Shown: one piece after another, positions 36,097-44,173 of the stretch
How positions within the stretch are numbered: position 1 is the stretch's first letter
Layout: the number at the start of each line of letters is the position of its first letter
Source of the DNA: a virus
Strand: one strand, 5' to 3'
IMG/VR virus record: IMGVR_UViG_3300031746_000007
Coordinates: 20,669-84,668 of that record
Length of the DNA: 64,000 nt
Notes under the pieces: generated by a model
The model's database searches: none
What the model was told of the DNA's origin: nothing
Seen by the model: the letters and a program-made list of their open reading frames with translations, nothing else
Position numbers and translations under genes: made by a program

Positions 36097-37321
36097 AGGC
36101 GGCGACCGGCACCTCCTCGACCTTCCCGACCGCCTTCACCCGGGTCACCACCGTCTCGGTGATGCCGTTCCGGGTCGCGTGTTTCTTGACCGTGGCCTTC
36201 ACTTTCCAGGTCTCCCCGACCTCCCCGAGCGTCCCGCCGGCGGAGGCGAACCAGACCGCCACGTTGCCCTCGGGAGTCAGGAACCGGTGGATCCGGGTCA
36301 GCCCGTACATCCCCTCGACGTCGAAGCGGTCGATCAAGGTCAGGGTCAGGTCGAGCCGCTTGCCGGGCTCACCGAAGGCTACCGAATTCTCGAGCCGCTT
36401 GCGCTTGATCTCGTTCCCGACCTCCTTGTTGTAGGCGGAGACGATCGAGGCGGCGATCCCGCCTTCCTTGTACCCCACGTGACCGAACCGGGCGACCAGC
36501 CGCACGTTCCAGAGGTAGTCGCTCGAGGCGTTCTCGGTGAGCCCGACCGCCCACTCGGCGGCAGCCCCCGCGAGTTTCTCATCCTCGGGAGTAGGCACCG
36601 GGCGCGAACCCGGATTCTCGCGCCAGTGGCGGAGCAGGTAGCTGTCGGGGTTCAGCGTCGACCAGACCGTGTCAGCCGTCGCGGTCCGCGGAGGGTTCGA
36701 ATCCCGTGCAGCCCCTCGGCTCATCCACCCGTCCCGGCGGATGATGCAAGCGGTCATGGCCAAGAAATCGGCGAGCGGGACCACGTTGTACCCACCGCGA
36801 CCGCCGCCCCCGAAATCCTCGGCCTCGCGGCAGAGAGCGTCGATTTCGAAGAGCACCTCGGCCCCCGCCGCGAGAGCTTCCGGGCTCTTGTGGCCCAGGA
36901 AGTCTTTCAGGCAGGAGCGGCCGACGAGCTTGAAGGTCCCGTCGTCGTGGGCGACCACGAAGACCTCGAGCCGCGAGCGGGTCAGGCGGCAGTGGTCGCA
37001 GGCGATCGGCGCGGTCCGGTAGCCCTCGGGGACCTCCTCACCCGGCACCGACCGGATGACGTTGCCCTCACCGAGACTGGCGACGACGGCGATGAGGCGC
37101 CACCCTTCGAACTTGGGTGCCTTGCCCTCGACGTCGACCTCGCAGAACTTCATGCTCGGGCGTTTCTTGGTGTCCGGGTCGACCTCGCCATACTCCTTGA
37201 CGAAGGGCTCCCCGACCGTCCAGGTCGGAGGCTCGACCCCGAGCTTCGTCGCGCGCTTCACCAGCTTGCCGAGCCCGGCGACCAGGCGCGAGACGTTGAA
37301 TTCGGGAACCGTGACTTTCAT
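36095..37321 (-). CDS. Hypothetical phage protein with Zn site and C-terminal OB-fold-like domain
   Basis: CDHC...R.R....VG.SCLKDF; G..G.R...YG....F....GN...W...KATVK.H....ET.V.R. Confidence 0.75.
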   Translation of the reverse strand: MKVTVPEFNVSRLVAGLGKLVKRATKLGVEPPTWTVGEPFVKEYGEVDPDTKKRPSMKFCEVDVEGKAPKFEGWRLIAVVASLGEGNVIRSVPGEEVPEGYRTAPIACDHCRLTRSRLEVFVVAHDDGTFKLVGRSCLKDFLGHKSPEALAAGAEVLFEIDALCREAEDFGGGGRGGYNVVPLADFLAMTACIIRRDGWMSRGAARDSNPPRTATADTVWSTLNPDSYLLRHWRENPGSRPVPTPEDEKLAGAAAEWAVGLTENASSDYLWNVRLVARFGHVGYKEGGIAASIVSAYNKEVGNEIKRKRLENSVAFGEPGKRLDLTLTLIDRFDVEGMYGLTRIHRFLTPEGNVAVWFASAGGTLGEVGETWKVKATVKKHATRNGITETVVTRVKAVGKVEEVPVAA

Positions 37322-37339
37322 CTCCCTCACCTCAAGAGT

Positions 37340-37375
37340 ATCGTCTCATTATCCTGTACGGTTGTCAAGAGAATT
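37340..37375 (-). promoter_or_regulatory. Cassette promoter repeat 11
   Basis: AATTCTC TTGACA accgtacag GATAATGA GACGAT. Confidence 0.9.
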
Positions 37376-37386
37376 CGCAACAAAGA

Positions 37387-37584
37387 TCAACCCGCAGCCG
37401 GCTTCACCCTCGGCTCGACCACGGCAATGACTTCGAACACACCGCTCCCGCGGTCTACCGTGCGATAGATGCACATCGGGCAGTTGTGGAACTTGACGCT
37501 CTTGCGCGCCTCTCGGAGACACGCCGCCTTGCTCGTGCGCGGGTAGATCGAAGTACCGTAAAAGTACAACGCCTTGTTTTTCAT
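37387..37584 (-). CDS. Hypothetical protein
   Basis: Single-gene cassette; GAGGTG RBS. Confidence 0.65.
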   Translation of the reverse strand: MKNKALYFYGTSIYPRTSKAACLREARKSVKFHNCPMCIYRTVDRGSGVFEVIAVVEPRVKPAAG

Positions 37585-37601
37585 CGCCTCACCTCAAGCT
37601 T

Positions 37602-37637
37602 AGAGTCTCATTATTCGGTACGGTTGTCAAGAGAATT
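37602..37637 (-). promoter_or_regulatory. Cassette promoter repeat 12
   Basis: AATTCTC TTGACA accgtaccg AATAATGA GACTCT. Confidence 0.85.
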
Positions 37638-37643
37638 CAAACC

Positions 37644-37988
37644 TCAATCGTCGCGATCGGCCAGTCTGTGTGCGACCCGCTCCCGCAGCCACATCGGCAC
37701 CTCGCTCGCGTACACCCGCAACCGCGGTGTATTCAGCGCTCGAGCCGCGCGCATCGTGTCCCAGAACCACTCACTCGCCCACTTGCGCCCTTTGCCGTAC
37801 GTGGGATCGTGCCGGTTGATGCGGTCGTGAACCCCCTCGCGGAATTCCGCGAGCACCGTCGCACCCGTGACCGGCGCCCACCCCGTGAGCCCGTGGTCGT
37901 AGGTGCGCGCGGGGTCGACCGCTTTGACCGCGGCGACGTACGCTTTGAGCGACACCGAGTGACCATTTCCGAGTCGGATGGTTTTCAC
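37644..37988 (-). CDS. Hypothetical protein
   Basis: AAGGAGG RBS, GTG start overlapping the upstream stop. Confidence 0.7.
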   Translation of the reverse strand: MKTIRLGNGHSVSLKAYVAAVKAVDPARTYDHGLTGWAPVTGATVLAEFREGVHDRINRHDPTYGKGRKWASEWFWDTMRAARALNTPRLRVYASEVPMWLRERVAHRLADRDD

Positions 37989-38191
37989 GAAGCACCTCCT
38001 TTTTTTCGCAAAGAGTGCCCGACGCTCGGCTTCTCGCCGACCACCCTCACGACGCGGATGCCGGTCCATCCGTACGCATGCGTCAACTCGTCGACCCGTT
38101 TGCGAGCGTCGGCTTCCAGAGAATTGCCCCACACACTGTGCACCACGTTCTGCGCGTCTACGACGCAATGCCAAACACCACTCGTTCTCAT
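37985..38191 (-). CDS. Hypothetical protein
   Basis: AAGGAG RBS. Confidence 0.6.
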   Translation of the reverse strand: MRTSGVWHCVVDAQNVVHSVWGNSLEADARKRVDELTHAYGWTGIRVVRVVGEKPSVGHSLRKKGGAS

Positions 38192-38241
38192 GGGTCTCCT
38201 TCACGAACGTACCCTAAAACAGCCAGACCAATCACACCCTC

Positions 38242-38463
38242 CTAGCTGAGTGACACCGGGCGCGAATCGGTCTCGAGCATTCGGTAGTTGACCGGCTCGT
38301 CGCTCGTGAGAACGACGAAGTCCGAAGGCATGAACCATCGCATGAGCAGCTCGACTCCGGCGCGGGTCGCCTCTTCGAAGGTAGAGAACGCGCACCCGTT
38401 TGAGCACGCCGTCTCCTTCGTGCTGCCCGTACCGCCTCCGTAAACGCCAACCTTGAACGACAT
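38242..38463 (-). CDS. Hypothetical phage protein
   Basis: MSFK......N...F.T.EEA......L..RW......V..SDEPVNY. Confidence 0.75.
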   Translation of the reverse strand: MSFKVGVYGGGTGSTKETACSNGCAFSTFEEATRAGVELLMRWFMPSDFVVLTSDEPVNYRMLETDSRPVSLS

Positions 38464-38496
38464 CGCAGGCTCCTTTCCGTTTCTCCCCACGATCGG

Positions 38497-38531
38497 ATGG
38501 TCTCATTATCGTGTACGATTGTCAAGAAAAT
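38497..38531 (-). promoter_or_regulatory. Cassette promoter repeat 13
   Basis: ATTTTC TTGACA atcgtacac GATAATGA GACCAT. Confidence 0.85.
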
Positions 38532-38547
38532 AGAGACACGAATCGAC

Positions 38548-38566
38548 CGGGCTCGAGCGGAGCCCG
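38548..38566 (-). terminator. Possible terminator hairpin after the GNAT/partner pair
   Basis: CGGGCTC-N5-GAGCCCG; T-rich run only further downstream. Confidence 0.35.
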
Positions 38567-38568
38567 CG

Positions 38569-38754
38569 CTACTTGATCGGCTTCGTCAGCTTGACCAGCC
38601 GCGCAGCCGGGCTCGAGCGCCCGGGAGGCAGCGACGCCTTCAACCGCGCCGCGCTCGTGAGCACCCTCTTGCCTTGCGCGTCGTACTCGATGAACTCCCC
38701 GGCGTCAGCCAGCGACAGCAACTCGGCGCCCTCGTCGACCTGCGGCTTCGTCAT
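38569..38754 (-). CDS. Small partner protein of the GNAT gene
   Basis: ATGA overlap with the GNAT stop; MTKPQVD... Confidence 0.6.
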   Translation of the reverse strand: MTKPQVDEGAELLSLADAGEFIEYDAQGKRVLTSAARLKASLPPGRSSPAARLVKLTKPIK

Positions 38755-39722
38755 AGTCCTAGCCGTCCCTTCGCCACTTCGAACCCGGGGTCGCCGTCGC
38801 GCAACGACAGCTCGCCTTGCCACGACGTGTCACCGAGCAGGAAGTCCTTGCCGACCGGTTTGCCATCGACCTTGATCGATGCGACCTCCCACGCCCGATC
38901 GGCGTGTCGATCGGCGAGCGCCCGCGCCTCGGCCGGCGGCATCCCCGCCTGCTCGAGCACCTTCGGGAATTCCTGCCGCACCTGATCGGCGTGCTCCTTG
39001 TTCCAGTTGAACCCGAACCGCGCCCACGTGTAGCGACCGACACTCCCGGCCGCCATTGTCACCTTCGACACCCCGAGCTTGCGGTACTCCTCGAAAGCGT
39101 TGCGCGTGATCTCGGCACCGATGCCCTTGCCCTGTTGATCCTCGTCCAGAAACATCCCGACGTGGTGCACCGTCAACGCACCGGACGAATCGCGCGCGAA
39201 CTGCCGCGTGATCGTGCCGACCTGTTGACCGCTCCGATCGTGCAGCGTCGCCGCCACTAGCACCGCCGGAGAATACTCCACCGTCGACCGCGGAGCCCCG
39301 AGATTCGAAAGCGCCTGATAGCGAATCGTCTCCTCGTCCAACATCTCCTCACCAGGATTGTCGGCTGCGAACTTCGCTCGCACCGTGTCCATAGCCATGC
39401 GAACCGTGCTCTCGTCGTGCGTTACGACCACGCGCTTGTCGGCACGCTCGTCGTCGACGTGGTCTATCTTCACCGCGTAGCCGGGCGGGGGGCGCATGGT
39501 CTGCCGCAACTCCGCCGGCGTGATCTTCTTCTGGAACACGCGCTCGACGTTCTCATCGAAGTGTTCTGGAAACTCCTCGGGGTTCTTCGACTCGACCGCC
39601 GCCGAGCCCTCGCCCGTCAGCTGATCCTTGAACCCGCCTTCGCGAATCCAGAACCGCTGCGTGTGCGTCCGCCCCGACCGCGACACCTCACGCTCGACTG
39701 CGATCAAGCCTTCACGTGGCAT
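38751..39722 (-). CDS. GNAT acetyltransferase with shared N-terminal leader
   Basis: L...QQGKGIG acetyl-CoA loop; Y.KLGV..V...A..VG.Y.WARFGF. Confidence 0.8.
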   Translation of the reverse strand: MPREGLIAVEREVSRSGRTHTQRFWIREGGFKDQLTGEGSAAVESKNPEEFPEHFDENVERVFQKKITPAELRQTMRPPPGYAVKIDHVDDERADKRVVVTHDESTVRMAMDTVRAKFAADNPGEEMLDEETIRYQALSNLGAPRSTVEYSPAVLVAATLHDRSGQQVGTITRQFARDSSGALTVHHVGMFLDEDQQGKGIGAEITRNAFEEYRKLGVSKVTMAAGSVGRYTWARFGFNWNKEHADQVRQEFPKVLEQAGMPPAEARALADRHADRAWEVASIKVDGKPVGKDFLLGDTSWQGELSLRDGDPGFEVAKGRLGL

Positions 39723-39736
39723 GCTCGCAACCTACC

Positions 39737-40030
39737 TCACTCCGACTCGATCGGCCAGAGCCCGAAGTCCCCGTCGCGCCAGCCCCAGCTCGCGCCCTCG
39801 ACCGGCACGCACTGCTCGAGCAGCTCGCACGCCTCATCCTCTTCGTGAGCGTCGTCGCTCATGTCGTCTCGCAGCGCCGCCGACAGCGCGCGCACCTCGT
39901 CCTGGTGACCCGCCATCGCACAGAACGCCGCGAGCGCATCCGCGCATCGCCGGCGCGTGTGCTCGTGCCCGAGCGCCCCGTCTCCGAAACACCCGCAATC
40001 CTCTAACCCGAGCTTCGTCCACCCTGCCAT
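39737..40030 (-). CDS. Hypothetical protein
   Basis: GAGGAGG RBS; WGW.DGDFGLW. Confidence 0.7.
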   Translation of the reverse strand: MAGWTKLGLEDCGCFGDGALGHEHTRRRCADALAAFCAMAGHQDEVRALSAALRDDMSDDAHEEDEACELLEQCVPVEGASWGWRDGDFGLWPIESE

Positions 40031-40040
40031 GTTGCCCTCC

Positions 40041-40334
40041 TCACAAGCATCCGTCGTCATAGTGGTCTTCGTCGAGCCCGGCCGCCTTCGACGTCTCCGG
40101 CTCCTCCGGGAAAAGCTCCGCCGCCGTGCAGCCATCCCACGTGATCTTCGCGTCGCCGTACGCGCCCACCGCGTAGCCGAACGTCGCACTGATGTCGGGG
40201 TGCGGTCCGACGTACCGGTGAGCGAACTTGCGCGCACCCTCGAGCGTCTTGAACTTGCCCCGCTTGTGGTAGTGGTCGATCGTCGTCAGCCGCACCACGA
40301 TCTCCCTGCCCCCGGTCCCCTTCGTCTCGCTCAC
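40041..40334 (-). CDS. Hypothetical phage protein
   Basis: FKTLEGARKFA...VG.HP.I....YAV..YG. Confidence 0.7.
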   Translation of the reverse strand: MSETKGTGGREIVVRLTTIDHYHKRGKFKTLEGARKFAHRYVGPHPDISATFGYAVGAYGDAKITWDGCTAAELFPEEPETSKAAGLDEDHYDDGCL

Positions 40335-40335
40335 G

Positions 40336-40593
40336 TTAGACCTCCTTCCATGTCAACCTGTACTCCCAGAACCGACGCACCATCATCCCGGTCCCGCCGA
40401 ACAGCCCGTGCCGATTGTGCTGATGGTCGTACCGCTTGCCCTTGCGAGCCTCGACCCTGCCCTCGGCGACGAGCTTCCGGAGCACCTTGCGAGCCGCGAC
40501 CGGGGTCAGCCCCATCGCCACCGCGACCTCCTTCGTCGGGCACCATGCCCCGGCGCCAGCAAGAAACCCGAGAGCCTTCGTTCGCGCATCCAT
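40336..40593 (-). CDS. Winged-helix DNA-binding protein
   Basis: TKEVAVAMGLT..AARK.LRKLV.EGRVE. Confidence 0.7.
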   Translation of the reverse strand: MDARTKALGFLAGAGAWCPTKEVAVAMGLTPVAARKVLRKLVAEGRVEARKGKRYDHQHNRHGLFGGTGMMVRRFWEYRLTWKEV

Positions 40594-40610
40594 CGCCTCA
40601 CCTCGAGCAT

Positions 40611-40646
40611 AGCGTCTCATTCTCCCGACCGTTTGTCAAGAGAATT
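40611..40646 (-). promoter_or_regulatory. Cassette promoter repeat 14
   Basis: AATTCTC TTGACA aacggtcgg GAGAATGA GACGCT; overlaps upstream TAA. Confidence 0.9.
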
Positions 40647-41145
40647 ATCGATCTTCGACGAGCACGAGGTCGCAGTTGTAGGAATCGAAGGAGAAGAACG
40701 GCACCCCCTCCGCCTTGGCCCGCTCGCGAGCCTCGGACCCGACCGTGTCGATCATGCTGCCGTCCTTGGCGCAGTAGACCCCGTTACCCATCCCGCAGTA
40801 CGCGAAGACGCCGGCCGCGCACGGCACCGGCTTGAGAGGGGTGTTGGCGTGAATCCACCGATCCCCGTAGGGCTTCAGCATGTAGACGTCGCCCGGCTTC
40901 CACACCTTGCGCCGCGCGATCTTCGCCGCTACCGCGTCGAGCTTGGCGAGCATCGCGGCATCGACCGGCTTCAGCTCGCGCATCGCGGTCAGCGCTTTCG
41001 AGACCGCCTCGCTCGTGGCGAGCAGCGCGGAGAGCGCCCGGTGATAGGTCGCCTCGTCGACGAACTTGTCCGAGAGGTACGTGCGCATCGTGCCCTCCTC
41101 GAGCACCGGCACCCCCTTGAGATTGAACAGCACGCGCTCCGTCAT
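40645..41145 (-). CDS. Hypothetical protein
   Basis: AAGGAGG RBS. Confidence 0.7.
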   Translation of the reverse strand: MTERVLFNLKGVPVLEEGTMRTYLSDKFVDEATYHRALSALLATSEAVSKALTAMRELKPVDAAMLAKLDAVAAKIARRKVWKPGDVYMLKPYGDRWIHANTPLKPVPCAAGVFAYCGMGNGVYCAKDGSMIDTVGSEARERAKAEGVPFFSFDSYNCDLVLVEDR

Positions 41146-41168
41146 CGCACCCTCCTTTTGGTTGTCAC

Positions 41169-41504
41169 TCACGACGGGTAGAACCCGAGCACGAACCCGT
41201 TGTAGGGTTCGGCGTTCCAGCCCTCACCGCGCAGCCCGGTCGGGAACGGTCCCGGGGTCGAGTAGTTCCCCAGCTCGCCGGCGCTGATGTCGCTCCCGGC
41301 ACTCACCATCGTCCACTCGAATGGGCCCTCCTCCCAACACACCGACCAGCCCGAGCCCCAGCCGCGCTCCTTCGTCTCGGCCGGCGACCAGAGCACCGCG
41401 CCCCGCGCGTCCCAGGTCTCCGTGAGCCACGTGTGGAACCTCTTCGCCGCAGCCGCCGGCGTCTTCGCCTCGAGCACCTTCGCCGCTGTCACCTTCACTG
41501 GCAT
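41169..41504 (-). CDS. Hypothetical phage protein
   Basis: W.V.WEEGPFEW...AEPYNGFVL.FY. Confidence 0.75.
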   Translation of the reverse strand: MPVKVTAAKVLEAKTPAAAAKRFHTWLTETWDARGAVLWSPAETKERGWGSGWSVCWEEGPFEWTMVSAGSDISAGELGNYSTPGPFPTGLRGEGWNAEPYNGFVLGFYPS

Positions 41505-41514
41505 CGCACCCTCC

Positions 41515-41772
41515 TCAAGCCGTCGCCGGCTTCATTGTGAGCCCCGCACACTTCCAACCGTGGTACTGAGCGGGGGTGGTCGCGATCAACTTCGTCCCGT
41601 GGCGCTTCGTGATCAGCGTCCCGTCGTGGCCGAAGAACAAGAACAAGGGCAGCGTCGCATCCTCGGCGAGCTTGCCGAACATCGACTCGTCGAGCAGCAA
41701 CTCAAACGCCGCGGCAGCCTTGGCCGCCTTCAACGCCCACATCGCCTTCATCCGCTTGGCCGTCTTCGACAT
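41515..41772 (-). CDS. Hypothetical protein
   Basis: GAGGAGG RBS after repeat 15. Confidence 0.65.
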   Translation of the reverse strand: MSKTAKRMKAMWALKAAKAAAAFELLLDESMFGKLAEDATLPLFLFFGHDGTLITKRHGTKLIATTPAQYHGWKCAGLTMKPATA

Positions 41773-41796
41773 CCCGCACCTCCTCGCTACATGAGG

Positions 41797-41831
41797 AGTG
41801 TCTCATTCTCTGAGCCGAGTGTCAAGAGAAT
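41797..41831 (-). promoter_or_regulatory. Cassette promoter repeat 15
   Basis: ATTCTC TTGACA ctcggctca GAGAATGA GACACT; upstream ORF stops at the TGA inside TTGACA. Confidence 0.9.
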
Positions 41832-42031
41832 AGTGGCGTCAGTCGGCCCGAGACGCGCACCAGAAGATTCGCCTTGTACGCGAGCGGTGTCGGCGTGCCG
41901 CAGTGCCCGTCCCACACGACATAGACCGTGTCGGCGCAGAGACTCTTGACCGTGCCGAGATTGCCGAAGTCGTGGTCGACGTCGACCGACTGCGTCACCC
42001 GATCCCCTACCAGCATGTTCGTGTTCGCCAC
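41822..42031 (-). CDS. Small SH3/KOW-like protein
   Basis: VGDRV......GTV.......V.WD; GAGGAGG RBS. Confidence 0.6.
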   Translation of the reverse strand: MANTNMLVGDRVTQSVDVDHDFGNLGTVKSLCADTVYVVWDGHCGTPTPLAYKANLLVRVSGRLTPLFS

Positions 42032-42041
42032 GTTGCCCTCC

Positions 42042-42554
42042 TCACTCTTCGATCCGGGCCGGCGCCTTGTTGCTGCCGCGGCACTTTCGAGTCGACGAGT
42101 ACCGGGCGTAGAACCCGTACCCACCGCGGTCAGGCTCGTCGTGACTCGGGACCTTGCCGCGCTTCACCTCGAGCGCCGCGCCACAGACCTTGCAGATCCC
42201 GACCGGCGGCACCTCGGTCTCGACCGAGCCCTCGGGAGCCGGCCGCGCCGTGATGTAGAGGTAACCGTAGCTCGCGTTCGTGGAGCACGTGAACTCTACC
42301 CCGCCGATGACGACCGCTTCGACGTCAGCCCTCGAGGGTTCGAACCGGTCCTTGGCCCAGCGGATGAACTTCCGGAGCGGTCCCGCGTTCATCTTCTCGC
42401 GGAATGCCTTGCGATCCTCCTCGGTGCCGACCATGTCCTGACGGTCCGGCAGGAGATCGACGACGAGCCCCGTGTAGATGGCGCGTGCGCCCCACAGCAC
42501 CGGCGCCTCGACCCCGGCGCTCTTCAACCCGAATGCCAACTCGCTCGACTTCAT
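42042..42554 (-). CDS. Hypothetical protein
   Basis: GGAGGAGG RBS; C-terminal CKVC...H...C.GS. Confidence 0.7.
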   Translation of the reverse strand: MKSSELAFGLKSAGVEAPVLWGARAIYTGLVVDLLPDRQDMVGTEEDRKAFREKMNAGPLRKFIRWAKDRFEPSRADVEAVVIGGVEFTCSTNASYGYLYITARPAPEGSVETEVPPVGICKVCGAALEVKRGKVPSHDEPDRGGYGFYARYSSTRKCRGSNKAPARIEE

Positions 42555-42570
42555 TTGCTCTCCTCCTCCG

Positions 42571-42669
42571 TTAGCGAACCGTCATCGGCTTCATCGCCGT
42601 CTCATCCGGCGACGCCGGGAACAACAGACAACCGAGCAGCAACCCCAGAACCAGAACCATCGCGCTCAT
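42571..42669 (-). CDS. 32-aa membrane peptide (not in ORF track)
   Basis: MSAMVLVLGLLLGCLLFPASPDETAMKPMTVR; GGAGG RBS after repeat 16. Confidence 0.55.
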   Translation of the reverse strand: MSAMVLVLGLLLGCLLFPASPDETAMKPMTVR

Positions 42670-42690
42670 CGTGACCTCCCTTCGATTGTC

Positions 42691-42726
42691 ATCGTCTCAT
42701 TCTCTCGTACGCTTGTCAAGAGAATT
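42691..42726 (-). promoter_or_regulatory. Cassette promoter repeat 16
   Basis: AATTCTC TTGACA agcgtacga GAGAATGA GACGAT. Confidence 0.9.
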
Positions 42727-42732
42727 CGACGG

Positions 42733-42918
42733 TCACTCCGCCGAGCCGGCGTCGACCGTGCAGCCGCACCGGGCGCACTTGACCGACCAGTAGCTCTTGA
42801 CCCAGGCCATGCCGCGGAGCACCCAGGTCGTGAAGCACGTCGCCTCCGCGCAGCCGCAGCGCTCGCACTCCCCGATCTCGCAGCTCGCCTCCGTCACCCT
42901 CGTCGTTCTCTCTGGCAT
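42733..42918 (-). CDS. Small Zn-ribbon protein
   Basis: CERCG...CARCG; AAGGAGG RBS. Confidence 0.6.
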   Translation of the reverse strand: MPERTTRVTEASCEIGECERCGCAEATCFTTWVLRGMAWVKSYWSVKCARCGCTVDAGSAE

Positions 42919-42929
42919 CGTGACCTCCT

Positions 42930-43166
42930 TCACTTCTTCGTGAGCCCCAACTCGTACGCGAGATCCTCGAGAGTGTCGCCGTACTCGGTCGGCTTCCCCG
43001 GCGCTTCGGCTTTCCAGGCCCAGCGCGACTCTGGGAGACACCACTTGTGGCGCCCGACCTTGTAGACCGTGCCGTCCGGCCCGGTCGCCTCGTACTTCGG
43101 ACCGTAGTCGAGACCGGGGACGAACCCCGGCAGCTTCCGAAACAGTGCCATCATCGCCTTCGTCAT
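42930..43166 (-). CDS. Hypothetical protein
   Basis: GGAGG RBS. Confidence 0.65.
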   Translation of the reverse strand: MTKAMMALFRKLPGFVPGLDYGPKYEATGPDGTVYKVGRHKWCLPESRWAWKAEAPGKPTEYGDTLEDLAYELGLTKK

Positions 43167-43177
43167 CGCCGTCCCTC

Positions 43178-43426
43178 CTACTTCAACCCGAGTCGCTTGG
43201 CCGCTTTCGCGAGCGTCGTCAGGCGATGCCCGCCGCGGAAGCAGCGAAAGACCTTGCCGTCGTTCCGAACGAAGAACCGCGCTCGCGCGCGACCCTTGCC
43301 GGTCGAGAGCAGCACCCCGCCAGTCAACCAGTCGTTGATGTCGATGCCTTCCCCGTGATGCCGCGCCAGGCTCGCCGCCATCAGCAACTTTCCGGCCCCC
43401 GTCCTGCTCGTCAGTGCCAGTGCCAT
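43178..43426 (-). CDS. Hypothetical basic protein
   Basis: AAGGAG RBS after repeat 17. Confidence 0.6.
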   Translation of the reverse strand: MALALTSRTGAGKLLMAASLARHHGEGIDINDWLTGGVLLSTGKGRARARFFVRNDGKVFRCFRGGHRLTTLAKAAKRLGLK

Positions 43427-43455
43427 GACCGCCGCTCCTTTCACCCTACGATCGG

Positions 43456-43491
43456 AGTGTCTCATTCTCCCTTCCGACTGTCAAGAGAATT
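43456..43491 (-). promoter_or_regulatory. Cassette promoter repeat 17
   Basis: AATTCTC TTGACA gtcggaagg GAGAATGA GACACT. Confidence 0.9.
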
Positions 43492-43503
43492 CGACAGGTC
43501 CCG

Positions 43504-43944
43504 CTAGACCTTGAACTTCTTGTCGGCCCGGACTCGAGCCTCGGCGCCGTTCGGGAGAGTGAAGACGTTCGCCGGGTGACACACGAGGTGGTAGCGGTGC
43601 TCCTTGCTGTGCTCGTCGTACAGTGTCGCGTGCTCGTGCTCACACTCGGGGTCGATGCACTCCCCGCCTGCGACATCCGGCAGCTCCACCGTGCCGACGC
43701 TCCGCTTGGCGCCTTTCCAGGGGTTCCCGGGAGCCGGCGGCTTGACCGCCCGCTCGCGCTCGAGCTTCTTCAGACGCGCGATCTCGACCATCGCCGCCGT
43801 ATCTTTGAAGCCGAGATCCTCCGCCGTGCAGTTCTTACGCAACCCGCACCCGCAGGCGCAGGTCTTACCGTGCTGATGCTGCTCGGTCTCGTGCCGGGGC
43901 AACCCGCCCGGATGGTACAACGTGAACAAACTGAATGCCGCCAT
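43504..43944 (-). CDS. Hypothetical Cys/His-rich protein
   Basis: GAGGAGG RBS; CACGCG. Confidence 0.65.
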   Translation of the reverse strand: MAAFSLFTLYHPGGLPRHETEQHQHGKTCACGCGLRKNCTAEDLGFKDTAAMVEIARLKKLERERAVKPPAPGNPWKGAKRSVGTVELPDVAGGECIDPECEHEHATLYDEHSKEHRYHLVCHPANVFTLPNGAEARVRADKKFKV

Positions 43945-43958
43945 GACCCCTCCTCGGC

Positions 43959-44105
43959 TCACGCCCACGCGCAAGCCAAAAATGTCGTTCGCTCCCCCGT
44001 GAGAACCGCGCGCCAGCAACGCCAGTAGCAGCGCCACCCGAATCCTCGCACGATCGCCGTGGCGTCCGTGACGAGGTGCCGGGTCGTGATCACTCCTGAA
44101 AGCAT
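43959..44105 (-). CDS. 48-aa protein (not in ORF track)
   Basis: MLSGVITTRHLVTDATAIVRGFGWRCYWRCWRAVLTGERTTFLACAWA; AAGGAG RBS after repeat 18. Confidence 0.65.
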   Translation of the reverse strand: MLSGVITTRHLVTDATAIVRGFGWRCYWRCWRAVLTGERTTFLACAWA

Positions 44106-44128
44106 CGCGGGCTCCTTCCCACGATCAG

Positions 44129-44163
44129 AGTGTCTCATTCTCAGGTACGGTTGTCAAGAGAAT
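44129..44163 (-). promoter_or_regulatory. Cassette promoter repeat 18
   Basis: ATTCTC TTGACA accgtacct GAGAATGA GACACT. Confidence 0.9.
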
Positions 44164-44173
44164 ACGACGGGGG

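Noticed and set aside
38195-38241. Possible 21st repeat copy
   Set aside because: AT-richer gap, but no TTGACA or GAGAAT arms.
33767-38525. Apparent shared peptide LTIV..NET in several ORF-track translations
   Set aside because: It is just the promoter repeat translated in over-extended ORFs; true starts lie downstream of the RBS.
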